Assembly: GCA_002633005.1 (NCBI GenBank)
Contig: NMRA01000264.1
Location: 124,001 to 188,000, forward strand
Direction: 5' to 3'
DNA: 64,000 nucleotides
Origin: Phoronis australis
Taxonomy: Eukaryota; Animalia; Phoronida
The position numbers and the translations under genes were made by a program. Positions within the stretch are counted from its first letter, which is position 1, and every line of letters starts with the position of its first letter. Below the pieces are notes generated by a model, which was given only the letters and a program-made list of their open reading frames with translations, did no database searches and was not told the DNA's origin. Shown in pieces: positions 47,801 through 55,471 of this stretch.

Positions 47801-50388
47801 GCGGCCTCGCTTTCACTCCTATGGAGATTCACATGTTAGCATCTGTTGTCTGGATACTTTATATTTTATGTCATATTTAAGTCTTGCCGGGAAAGTATTA
47901 CTGCTGTGCAGTGGGCTGTAATGCCGATTCACAGAAGTGGGATAAGCTGGATTAATAGCATAGACGCCTTCCTGATGGTCTTGTTGTGCACACAGTGTCA
48001 CCATTTTGCATTGAATATAATCTTACCTTGTGTTCGGGAAGAGTGCGGGAATTTAAAAAAAATAATAATTGGTGTAAATCAAAAGTTATTTTTTGTGATG
48101 GTGGACAGGTTTAGTTTCCTCAAATTTGAAGAAACTTAATTGCCAAATTGTCATTTTCTTCCATTTTTTCATATTAAGCTTATTACATGTTAAAAATGTC
48201 TAAATTTTCATCCTGTGTTTGTTATTGGCATTTGTACAGTGTAAACTTTGCAAATAATGAAGTAAACTCTTCTTTCTGAGTGTTTATCTTTCTTGAAATT
48301 TCTCATAAAACAGTTTCACCTATTCCACCATATTGTTTTCTAAATTAAAGAAACTTGTCTGTAATTTGTAATTCTATGATTGCAATATCGCTTTTCGTAT
48401 CGTGCACAATAGAAGTATGCAATCCAACCAATATCTTACAGTATTATGTGGATAACATCATGGCAAATCTGTTTGACTTTCCAAAGGTTTGGCTACAGAC
48501 TCAGTCACCAAAAGGCCAAGCAACATTAAGCTGTCAGTGAACTCAGCAGCACCTGCACCCCCTCAGAGACGGAAAAGTCCACACAGAAGGACAAGAGGTC
48601 GGGCCAAACCACGTATCAGGGGGGCAGTCCTTGGCAGAAAAGTGATCAGAGCTCCACGACAACCTGTCAGGTGGGTACAAGACATTATTATTGTTGTTAA
48701 AAGCTAAATGTTCTGATTTATTTATGCTTTTGTTTGAACTGCTGGCTTTTTGGCATTAAATTTCCTGGTGGTTCTTGCTTATGGCCGTGAGGCTGTTGTC
48801 ATTACTGCCACTTAATGATTTGTTCACATTTCACCTGTTATTGTCGTTTTTTCCTGAAGATGGTAACATCTGTTTATTAACTTTTGTTTTTTGAATTAGT
48901 CATTTAGTGTACAACTTCAAGCCAGTGCAATATGAAATGAACTAATTGATAAAAAACTCAACTGCTTGTATTATATAAACCAGACTTCAAGGGTCTTATT
49001 TATCAAAAGCTGTAAGTCTGATCATTGCACCTAAGGCTGTTGCAGGCATGATATTGCGAAGGCGACGGTATGATTTTTTAGAGGAGTAAAAACATTGCAA
49101 GTGAGAGAAAGTTCATAATTTTCCATATTCAGGCTTAGTGACCAACTTGACTAACACAGAGTATGTAGACAATGTTTCATTCTTTAATTAAATTGGTTTT
49201 ATCTAGGGCTTACAGTCGAGGTAGCACGGTTAGTACAAACAGCGAGGACATCTATGGAGTAAATGAGCAAACCTATGAGAGTCCTTCAGAAGGTTATGTG
49301 TCCCACCAGCATGATAGCTATGTATGTACAGACTCAGAGTATGACCCCTATAGTTATCGCCCAAGGTCAAGGTCGAAATGTAAGTTCCTCAATGAAGAAA
49401 ATGTTTGCCCATTGACTAACTTTGGCAATTTGACAGCAGCACGTCTTGAAAATCAACTGACACGCGAGAGTTTATCAAAATTTTGTCAAAACTCACTCAT
49501 ATTCATGATATAAACATCTATCTAGCTATGCACAATATTAAAGCTAACTGCCACTTGACATCTCTTCATTAAGTTATGAAAAGACCCACTTATACCTTTA
49601 AATAAACACAAATATTGAATGTTGAATGATGAATTAAGTGAATGTCGCGTTGCATTGTGGGTCCTTCATTTTCACATGTGAAGAGGCTGCCCTTCTCTAT
49701 TTATAAGCTAAAATGCAATCTACTTGACTGTTGGGTCCAGTTTATTCCGTATTCTCTGTTTCTGAAACACGCAGTTTCCTAGACCCCTTTTATTATGCAC
49801 ATAACGGTTATCTACACCAAAACACAGTGACCACAAATTTTTCATCCAGGCATGCTGTGTGCATAAACTCCATTGTTTTAACTAACATCACAACCTTGTT
49901 TCATGAAAGTAATGCATAATGTTACCACATCATCTAGGGTCACGTGGCAGTAGTTGAACAATGCTAATAATAATCTTGGGTTTGACTATTTTAATGATAA
50001 AAACACTTCACACGCCCTTTATGAAATGGGCCCACAAAGGGGCAATTAACTCATATCATGTAGATTGAAGCACATTGACTTGACATGTAGATAGAAGTAC
50101 ATTGCCATCAATTGTGCTTTCTTTTGTTTCGCAGATCTCCAGACCACCCCGTATCCCTCCACTGGTGATTCGCCAGAGACACCTGGCTGTGATGAGAGGA
50201 AGCCCCTGGTGTCAGCCTTGGCTCGTACTGCACTTGCCAGTCCAAACGAGGAAGAAGAGACGAGTTTGCTGGAGAGGTACTACCATCCCGTCATGGACAA
50301 TGCTAGCCTCAACTCCAGCGGTGACATGGTATTGACTCTAAGTGATTGTACTGACGGACATTACACAGATAACTACACAGTTGTGTAA
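8052..50388 (+). CDS. Dscam: Down syndrome cell adhesion molecule (Dscam), spliced gene with 36 traced exons; 5' signal-peptide exon not located
   Basis: Canonical order Ig1-9, FN3 1-4, Ig10, FN3 5-6, TM, cytoplasmic tail. All traced exons have AG/GT boundaries (one possible GC donor) and compatible phases. Total 6554 nt, stop TAA at 50386-50388. Confidence 0.95.
8630..8888. mobile_element. MITE with 15-bp perfect TIRs and 5-bp TSD
   Basis: catgcgcgcacccag ... ctgggtgcgcgcatg, flanked by tttta on both sides. Confidence 0.85.
12644..12946 (+). CDS. Dscam: Dscam exon, Ig2
   Basis: ttttcag| ..[25 protein letters not shown].. |gtaagt; phase 1-1. Confidence 0.93.
14650..15110 (-). mobile_element. 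5'-truncated, decayed non-LTR retrotransposon (LINE) 3' fragment
   Basis: Minus strand encodes [38 protein letters not shown], the C-terminal CCHC finger of LINE ORF2. A frameshifted [10 protein letters not shown] lies upstream and AATAAA is at the 3' end (~14660). Boundaries approximate. Confidence 0.8.
15226..15504 (+). CDS. Dscam: Dscam exon, Ig3
   Basis: cgcag| ..[32 protein letters not shown].. |gtaaga. Confidence 0.92.
15852..16121 (+). CDS. Dscam: Dscam exon, Ig4
   Basis: ttgaag| ..[44 protein letters not shown] |gtaagt. Confidence 0.92.
16433..16520 (-). mobile_element. Possible extreme 3' end of a LINE
   Basis: Minus strand reads ..ggcctatagcctttattacagAAATAAAttgattgatt, a polyA signal followed by a short-repeat tail. 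Confidence 0.4.
16731..17027 (+). CDS. Dscam: Dscam exon, Ig5
   Basis: ttgtag| ..[44 protein letters not shown].. |gtaaac. Confidence 0.95.
17248..17358 (+). CDS. Dscam: Dscam exon, Ig6 N-half
   Basis: ttacag| [37 protein letters not shown] |gtaagt. Confidence 0.92.
17784..17820. other. Assembly gap (37 N) between a G-rich run and a poly-A run
   Basis: N run; a MITE-like end cagtggtggatctagg at ~17661 is cut off by the gap. Confidence 0.95.
18505..19985 (+). mobile_element. Interspersed composite repeat (non-autonomous, possibly Helentron/HINE-like) with ~140-bp degenerate subunits
   Basis: Starts with gcatccggcgtccagcgtcc, then recurring gattttcatgaa / aaattggcagatgtgtt / ccctagtgg motifs; same family as 38925-41200. 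Class assignment is tentative. Confidence 0.7.
19502..19638. repeat. 22-bp minisatellite, ~6 copies
   Basis: tatagagatggtaggagatgac units. Confidence 0.95.
20339..20500 (+). CDS. Dscam: Dscam exon, Ig6 C-half
   Basis: cactag| ..[24 protein letters not shown].. |gtgagt. Confidence 0.92.
20777..20920. mobile_element. MITE with ~17-bp TIRs and 5-bp TSD
   Basis: catgggcggcgcaccat ... atgttgcgccgcccctg, flanked by tgttg on both sides; a related terminus occurs at ~63293-63332. Confidence 0.8.
22766..22877. repeat. Inverted repeat / foldback MITE
   Basis: tggcaacagtctcttataggggccccagattttgagaacca pairs imperfectly with tggttccccaaattgtgggaccactgtaagagactattgcca. Confidence 0.8.
23431..23588 (+). 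CDS. Dscam: Dscam exon, Ig7 N-half
   Basis: ttgcag| [43 protein letters not shown].. |gtgcgt; not in the ORF track (no start codon in this frame). Confidence 0.92.
24476..24602 (+). CDS. Dscam: Dscam exon, Ig7 C-half
   Basis: ttcaag| [42 protein letters not shown] |gtgagt. Confidence 0.9.
24886..25005 (+). CDS. Dscam: Dscam exon, Ig8 N-half
   Basis: tttcag| [30 protein letters not shown] |gtaacc. Confidence 0.92.
25532..25708 (+). CDS. Dscam: Dscam exon, Ig8 C-half
   Basis: caacag| [34 protein letters not shown].. |gtaagt. Confidence 0.92.
26018..26123. repeat. 15-bp tandem repeat, ~7 copies
   Basis: gtcacttcacttccg / gtcacttcactacca units. Confidence 0.9.
26143..26284 (+). CDS. Dscam: Dscam exon, Ig9 N-half
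   Basis: tttcag| [36 protein letters not shown].. |gtatag; ends in phase 2. Confidence 0.9.
27341..27521. repeat. 46-bp minisatellite, ~4 copies
   Basis: accataagagattggtctgggcttcagtcgtcacaactcaactgag units. Confidence 0.95.
27559..27707 (+). CDS. Dscam: Dscam exon, Ig9 C-half
   Basis: caacag| [34 protein letters not shown] |gtatga. Confidence 0.92.
28130..28261 (+). CDS. Dscam: Dscam exon, FN3-1 N-half
   Basis: ttccag| [35 protein letters not shown] |gtcagt. Confidence 0.92.
28844..29020 (+). CDS. Dscam: Dscam exon, FN3-1 C-half
   Basis: tttcag| [32 protein letters not shown] |gtatgt. Confidence 0.92.
29499..29807 (+). CDS. Dscam: Dscam exon, FN3-2
   Basis: cgacag| [50 protein letters not shown] |gtaaat. 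Confidence 0.95.
30158..30304 (+). CDS. Dscam: Dscam exon, FN3-3 N-half
   Basis: ttccag| [30 protein letters not shown].. |gtacct. Confidence 0.92.
30461..30702. mobile_element. TA-flanked MITE (Tc1/mariner-pogo-like ends)
   Basis: TA|cggtgaattctcaccaattt ... aaattggcgagattttactg|TA. Confidence 0.8.
30764..30919 (+). CDS. Dscam: Dscam exon, FN3-3 C-half
   Basis: tttcag| ..[34 protein letters not shown] |gtaatc. Confidence 0.93.
31153..31170 (+). promoter_or_regulatory. CTCF-consensus-like motif
   Basis: tgccactagggggcgcca matches the CTCF core consensus; binding not shown. Confidence 0.5.
31315..31445 (+). CDS. Dscam: Dscam exon, FN3-4 N-half
   Basis: ttgtag| [29 protein letters not shown].. 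|gtcagt. Confidence 0.92.
32292..32448 (+). CDS. Dscam: Dscam exon, FN3-4 C-half
   Basis: ttgcag| ..[24 protein letters not shown].. |gtaaga. Confidence 0.92.
32863..32977 (+). CDS. Dscam: Dscam exon, Ig10 N-half
   Basis: cccag| [29 protein letters not shown].. |gtaaat. Confidence 0.9.
33293..33459 (+). CDS. Dscam: Dscam exon, Ig10 C-half
   Basis: gcacag| ..[32 protein letters not shown] |gtgagt. Confidence 0.92.
35409..35507 (+). CDS. Dscam: Dscam exon, FN3-5 N-half
   Basis: ccgcag| [29 protein letters not shown] |gtaagt. Confidence 0.92.
35920..36108 (+). CDS. Dscam: Dscam exon, FN3-5 C-half
   Basis: tttcag| [32 protein letters not shown] |gtaagc; L.CGT.Y motif. Confidence 0.92.
36448..37234. 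other. Tandem duplication joined by a single N (36783); probable haplotype-overlap artefact containing a truncated FN3-6 exon copy
   Basis: 36448-36782 recurs at 36784-37234 with a few SNPs and one extra 116-bp unit. Confidence 0.85.
37097..37272 (+). CDS. Dscam: Dscam exon, FN3-6 N-half (complete copy)
   Basis: cttcag| ..[33 protein letters not shown].. |gtgagt; GGCPI motif. Confidence 0.92.
37821..38001. repeat. Degenerate ~45-bp tandem repeat, 3-4 copies
   Basis: gacacgctgtgacaagtcctgttgtagagttcctatgtttgtgaaat-like units. Confidence 0.85.
38008..38209. mobile_element. Degenerate copy of the TA-flanked MITE
   Basis: TA|cggtaaaatctcaccaatttgagacaaa ... ggggagatttcacta|TA. Confidence 0.6.
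38260..38380 (+). CDS. Dscam: Dscam exon, FN3-6 C-half
   Basis: tttcag| [33 protein letters not shown] |gtaagt. Confidence 0.93.
38925..41200 (+). mobile_element. Second copy of the composite repeat family, interrupted by a nested MITE
   Basis: Starts with ggcatccggcatccgcagctgtatctcctaaacc; same recurring subunit motifs as 18505-19985. Confidence 0.7.
39561..40355. mobile_element. PIF/Harbinger-like MITE, 795 bp, ~40-bp TIRs, 3-bp TSD TGA
   Basis: tga|gggctgttccagtaaaatccgtgtgggagggggg ... ccccccctcccatacagattttgctggaacagccc|tga. Confidence 0.85.
41391..41552 (+). CDS. Dscam: Dscam exon, transmembrane helix
   Basis: cttcag| [34 protein letters not shown] |gtaggt; hydrophobic span followed by a basic stop-transfer segment. 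Confidence 0.92.
41708..43160. other. 726-bp tandem duplication joined by a single N (42434); probable haplotype-overlap artefact containing a truncated cytoplasmic exon copy
   Basis: 41708-42433 equals 42435-43160 except for about 3 substitutions seen. Confidence 0.88.
43039..43260 (+). CDS. Dscam: Dscam cytoplasmic exon 1 (complete copy)
   Basis: tttcag| [23 protein letters not shown].. |gtatga; open frame, phase 1-1. Confidence 0.85.
44154..44347 (+). CDS. Dscam: Dscam cytoplasmic exon 2 (PYATF motif)
   Basis: tttcag| [15 protein letters not shown].. |gtaagg. Confidence 0.85.
44874..44970 (+). CDS. Dscam: Dscam cytoplasmic exon 3 (FPPPP motif)
   Basis: tgacag| [32 protein letters not shown] |gtactg; phase 0-1, needed to restore phase after the previous exon. 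Confidence 0.75.
45393..45560 (+). CDS. Dscam: Candidate Dscam cytoplasmic cassette exon (RRVRF motif)
   Basis: atgcag| [18 protein letters not shown] |gtagaa; 168 nt, phase 1-1, open, locally CpG-richer than the flanks. Confidence 0.55.
46106..46252 (+). CDS. Dscam: Candidate Dscam cytoplasmic exon (3' end uncertain)
   Basis: Strong acceptor ttacctttcttgtag| [27 protein letters not shown]; donor is either GC-type gcatga at 46253 or gtgtga at 46169. Confidence 0.6.
46309..46597. repeat. 58-bp minisatellite, 5 copies, with an internal hairpin
   Basis: cagatgattctattgacaataattgtgataagtagagttatgcttgcttatcactata units. Confidence 0.95.
47023..47289 (+). CDS. Dscam: Dscam cytoplasmic exon ([10 protein letters not shown] / [10 protein letters not shown] block)
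   Basis: ttgcag| [45 protein letters not shown].. |gtatgg. Confidence 0.88.
48487..48670 (+). CDS. Dscam: Dscam cytoplasmic exon (Arg/Lys-rich)
   Basis: ccaaag| [30 protein letters not shown].. |gtgggt; phase 1-2. Confidence 0.75.
49207..49379 (+). CDS. Dscam: Dscam cytoplasmic exon (Tyr/Ser-rich)
   Basis: atctag| [34 protein letters not shown].. |gtaagt; phase 2-1. Confidence 0.8.
50135..50388 (+). CDS. Dscam: Dscam terminal coding exon, class I PDZ-binding C-terminus
   Basis: tcgcag| [28 protein letters not shown] (TAA). Confidence 0.88.
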
Positions 50389-51648
50389 TGGTTATGGAGA
50401 GTGTCAGATGAACTGAGAAGAATAAGGAATTCTTGTTGCATGTCTGGACACGGACTGGGCAAAGTGTATTTCTTAAGAAGTGCCTTGATGGTATGGTTGC
50501 ATAGACTGAAGTAGAGATGTGTAGAGCGTGTATGATGAATTTGTGATCTCTGAACCTGTTCAGTCTTTACTACTTCAAGTTAAATGTGAGAAAAATATGT
50601 ATCAGCATTTATGGAAGTTAGGATTCAAGAAGAAAAGTATGAAGAAATAGTGTTCTGAGTTGCAAATTTTGTATAAATGATTGCTAAGACTTTGTCAGGC
50701 ACCTTTCAGTTGCCTGCTATGTTTGCAACCCAGAGGGTGTCCTCCTGGAATAATATTGTTTGTTATAAATGAGGGAGCTGCAAACCTGGTATCTGTCCTT
50801 GACCTCTAATGAAGAGGGTGCGGTGTATTTATGTGTGTTCCACTCTGATGAGTTCATGTTAAAAACAGTGGAAGACCAAGGAATATCAGATGATGACGTG
50901 TATAGTACTTGATATGTTGTACGCTGTCCATGTTAGTGTGAATTGTCAGTGTTAAAATTGTGATATTTTTATATAATGTGGTCTATGTGTGAATATCGTG
51001 TATCACGAGACAATGTCCTAATTACCTTTGTGCAACACTTACACACCTTGCCCACATAACTAGCTTCAGATAATATGTAAAGGATCACCTCTTCTGTGCA
51101 ATTGAATGTTTGCTCATTATTAGCGCGAATTTCATGTTGATTTTGATCTTGAAATTCAAATATTAAGCCTATTTATTGAGAAGTAATTTATTAAATCTGT
51201 ATAAAGTGTATATAGTTTTAGTTGATGGTGCATGTTAACGACTTTGTTGTATGTGAACTGTGAATCAAAGGTCAATGTCAAAAAGACCGAGTCTGTGTGC
51301 AATACTAGCTTACCGTGCTTTTTGACTTAAAGTCATGACTTGTTTGCAGGCATGTATATATTGAAATGGTTCTATTTTTGCTCATACAGTTGCTGACGCC
51401 AATCATTAGTGCAATCAAAGTTTTTCCAAGTCATCTTTTGATGAGGCCATATTTTAAACAAACCTGGGGCCTTTTTTGAGTTGTATTACGAGGGGAGCAT
51501 TACTTTGAGGTATTGTCTCTATTATAAAATCACTTTCAAGTTAGATAGTTTAACTGTACGAATAGCTGCTCCATTGTTGAGGAAATTGCTAACTCCCAGT
51601 CGAGTTTAGAGTTTATCGTGTCTACAACAATTACTGGAAATAGTCATG

Positions 51649-51732
51649 TACAGGGGGTCTGCATTATGAGAACCAGTTTTCTCCACCGAATAATAGGACT
51701 CAAACTGGTTCTCAATATGGGGTACCCATGTA
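51649..51732. repeat. Inverted repeat in the probable Dscam 3' UTR
   Basis: Perfect 13-bp arms tgagaaccagttt (51667-79) / aaactggttctca (51702-14), extendable imperfectly. Confidence 0.8.
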
Positions 51733-52559
51733 AGTGATCATTGCCCAACAACCTGTACCAGCGTTCTTGCCAGTGCAAACTTGTTCTGTTTGTACGTTAT
51801 ATGTTAGATTACATGTGTTAAGATGTTAAATCATCACATTGCGGATATCTGTTTATGTCTGCGTTGAAGCAAATTCAAGTGCTTAGTGTGGAAAAAGTGT
51901 AAAAACGCTTCCAACCAGCAGAAACTTACATCATAAAAAGTAACAGTAAAGTGTAAGAAGAAGAATGTTTGCTGCGGTTGTATTTTATCTGATTAACCTT
52001 GGCTACCTTTCTGTCACTTCAACTGGCTCCGAGGACGAATTTGTTTAATATGCAATTTGATCCAGTTAAAGTAAACTGAAGTTTTTTGTTAAGTTTGGCC
52101 AAGGTGGACAATGATTGATTCACTGCAATGAAAATATGTATTGTAACAAATGATGCCCACAACATATACTTGCACAGGGCCAAAATGCTGTGGCATTGCT
52201 CCATACAGAGAATGTAAACATTGCATTTGTCTTATAGCAACACCCAACACATGTCACTACTGTTACATTGACAGTCAAGAAGATAAAATACTTGAAACAC
52301 ACTCTTGGTAGCTGCAAGACTGCGTTTACTCCAGCCTGGTCTCCATGTTTATATTCCAGATAATCCGTCTCAGATGTACTTAATAATAATAATTATTGTG
52401 TCTTCATGTGTATATTACTAGTCTCATTGTTTCTTATTTATTAAGTGTTTACAAACACCAGTGTTTAACCAATTTTGGTATTTTATTTTCATAAGTGCAA
52501 TCATTTATGTTCGTGTGGGCCTTTGCAATATTGTTGTATACCCACTGTATTGCATAAAA

Positions 52560-52751
52560 TGGTAAAGTCTCACCAATTTAGGACACAGTATGGCAAACAA
52601 ATGAAATTTCATTTATTTTTCTTGAGTTAATACGATAGCTACCAGCAGACAAAGTTTCAAGAAACTGTGGCAATTTCAAAAGCTTTTGAAAATGAAAGAA
52701 TATATTCAATTTTGGCAAATAATTTTCATCCGAAATTGGTGAGTTTTACTG
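52560..52751. mobile_element. Copy of the TA-flanked MITE, inverted relative to 30461-30702
   Basis: tggtaaagtctcaccaatttaggacacagtatggcaa ... aaattggtgagttttactg|TA. Confidence 0.75.
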
Positions 52752-52830
52752 TACATGTAGTTTACTGTGAGATGTCCTTGCAGAGGATTTGTGAATTGCC
52801 ATGAATTAGATGAGTTGGAGTCGTCCATAA

Positions 52831-52836
52831 AATAAA
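52831..52836 (+). terminator. Candidate Dscam polyadenylation signal (alternative AATAAA at 53015-53020)
   Basis: AATAAA followed ~20 nt later by GT/T-rich sequence; would imply a ~2.5-kb 3' UTR. Confidence 0.4.
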
Positions 52837-53071
52837 TCTCGCTGTTACAGATGACTTGTGTTCAGTTTATCTTAAGCTCCGTCTCACTAGTTGCTCTGGC
52901 ATTCAGAAAAATGTCTGTCGCATTGTTGATGTTTTTTGTAGATCCTGCTGGGTTGATCATCTGGTGTTTGTAGTGTTATTTTCAGAGAAAATGCTGATCT
53001 TTCAACTGTACTACAATAAACATGTCTGAACTTATGGGAGTGTATTTATCTGGCAGCTGTTTTTGTCCAGC

Positions 53072-53368
53072 GACAATCCATCTGTTTATCATGATAACGT
53101 GCAGTGACAATCCATCTATTTACCATGACAACGTGGAGTGACAATCCATCTATTTTCCATGACAACGTGGAGTGACAATCCATCTGTTTATCATGACAAC
53201 GTGGAGTGACAATCCATCTGTTTATCATGACAACGTGGAGTGATAATCCATCTGTTTACCATGACAACATGTAGTGACAATCCATCAGCTTACCATGACA
53301 ACGTGTAGTGACAATCCATCTATTTACCATGACGTGTAGTGACAATCCATATGTTTACCATGACAACA
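53072..53368. repeat. 34-bp minisatellite, ~9 copies
   Basis: gacaatccatctgtttatcatgacaacgtggagt units. Confidence 0.95.
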
Positions 53369-55315
53369 GACTGTAGTGTTTAAACTGTCTAGTACAATCA
53401 CAAAATCGTTCGCAAATCTTAAGTTTAAAGATCCTTTGTTCTACTCAAGTTCGTGCAGGCACTCAGTTCTTCAGACAAGCTGGATTTCAGCTGGACTTGA
53501 CTGAGCAACTTTTTTTGCATTTAATAATTTCTTTTAAGAAATAATTGATTAAGATTATTGATTTTTGAAAGTAGCATTTAGGTTCTAATTTAATTGACAT
53601 CATCGTAATTTTGCACTCCTGTTTTTTTAGCAAGCAGGAGACAGAAAGTGTTCATTTTTATTTCGGAGAACTCGTTATCAATAATGTATTAGACCCAAAA
53701 AATAGCATTGGTACATATGCGCTAGGCTCATTTTAAAACTGTATTAAAGCTGTTATTAGGTGGCGCTGGTAGTAAAAAAGAAAGATTGATTCCTACCTAC
53801 TTCTGTTGACAGTGATTCTTGGAAAAAAGATCATCATACATTTCGGCTGACTTTCAGGTGACTTTGATCAATTTTCAACAAACAATCAATAGTTCAGGCC
53901 TTACATGAATAATATCACGTTTTCCTGCAAATGTATTCAAGTTTAGTAAAAAAAACACCATATGCTTCAAAAAATATGTATTTCTTAAATCTTAACTTTA
54001 TCATATACACAGTAGCCTACCACCAAATCAGGCAGACATCATTTCCAAACACTAATAAACTTTGGTATTCATTTTGTTTCCAATCACAAACGGAAGGGCT
54101 TAACATTCACCATAACAAAAACATGATTTACACGAGATAAATGCTACACAAAAATAATGATAGTCACACACTTAATATACTTTCATCAACTTGAATGTCT
54201 CTTTAAGTTCATAACAATAAACAGCATCATTCTAAGCAAGACTTTCAAGTCAATTGATATTCATAAGTAAAATTAGCTGGCTACATCTCACTAAACCTGT
54301 AAATTATTATGTAGATTTCCTATTACTACCCAACAATAGGAAACTCAACAGTAGAGAGGTCAATAAAAGCAGCTACATAAATTATGTAAATGAGCATGAG
54401 GCATCTTAAGAAGTCGGTCAATTTTGAAAGTTGTTCCAGACTATATTTGCTGTTTTGCGTACAACTGCATCTCTACCTAATATATGCAAGGTATTCGTGT
54501 TGCATTAAATTTCTTTGCCATAGCATTTCAACGTTTAACTTCCCAGGTAGACACAAATTAGTGAAAATTACACAGAACTCATTTAGGAATATCGAAGAGT
54601 GTATTTAAAAATCAGCACGTTTCATGTAAATTTAGAATTCCAAACAACAACGTTTAAGGCACAAACAAAGTGACCCAATTTACAATAAAGGTTTTGATCA
54701 ACAGATGAGATGCATTAGACTATTTCACCATTAACACTATTAATCTTCCACAAAGGACGATCTTTATCAGATTAAAACAATAGACATATGCAATAAGCAC
54801 AACAACCAATTGTAGATGTTTAGAAGATACAAACCCCACTCTTTGTCCAGCCAAGATTTGTCCTCTTACAAATCACCAGACACATCACCAGCTAACTGCA
54901 CTGATAAGCTGAGCTGCTATGCCAGCAAAGAGACAAGCTATGGAGCTAGTCTTGTTCTCATTCAATGGGCAACTTCATCAGACAAGAGTATCAGTTGTCA
55001 AGGTACCGCCCTTGTTTTGGAACGAAGTAGATGTTCACTCAGATTAAATTATCAAGTGTGGACCCAGACAGGATCTTGCGTAACCTATTACTGACAAATA
55101 TCTCTTGAATTATGAAGATGGTCATCCACGACAGACTGAAAGTCTCAAGGTCAGAAAATTTATACTTCCTTCATCAGATTAACCTATTACAGCAGTTCAA
55201 CCAGGCGGATGAGTGACAATTGGTTATTGTTAGTTTAGAGAAATGAATTAGACGATTGCCTTAAGCAAGTGAAACATTTATGACCACAATGTATAATGTG
55301 TTCTAATGCAACAAT

Positions 55316-55471
55316 TCACCATTGAGAAACAAGAGGTGGTCTGGGCATTGGAGGATTAAAGTCTTCGTGGTGTTGAGACTTTAACTGGTCTAGACCTGCC
55401 GCAAACTTGGTACTTGGCTTCATAAACGAGCTCGGTGCAGGCGAGGTAACTCCAGGCTCACCGCACATGTT
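55316..55471 (-). CDS. LMNTD1: LMNTD1-like terminal exon
   Basis: ttttgcag| NMCGEPGV..QHHEDFNPPMPRPPLVSQW* (TGA); phase 0. Confidence 0.75.
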   Translation of the reverse strand, partial: NMCGEPGVTSPAPSSFMKPSTKFAAGLDQLKSQHHEDFNPPMPRPPLVSQW

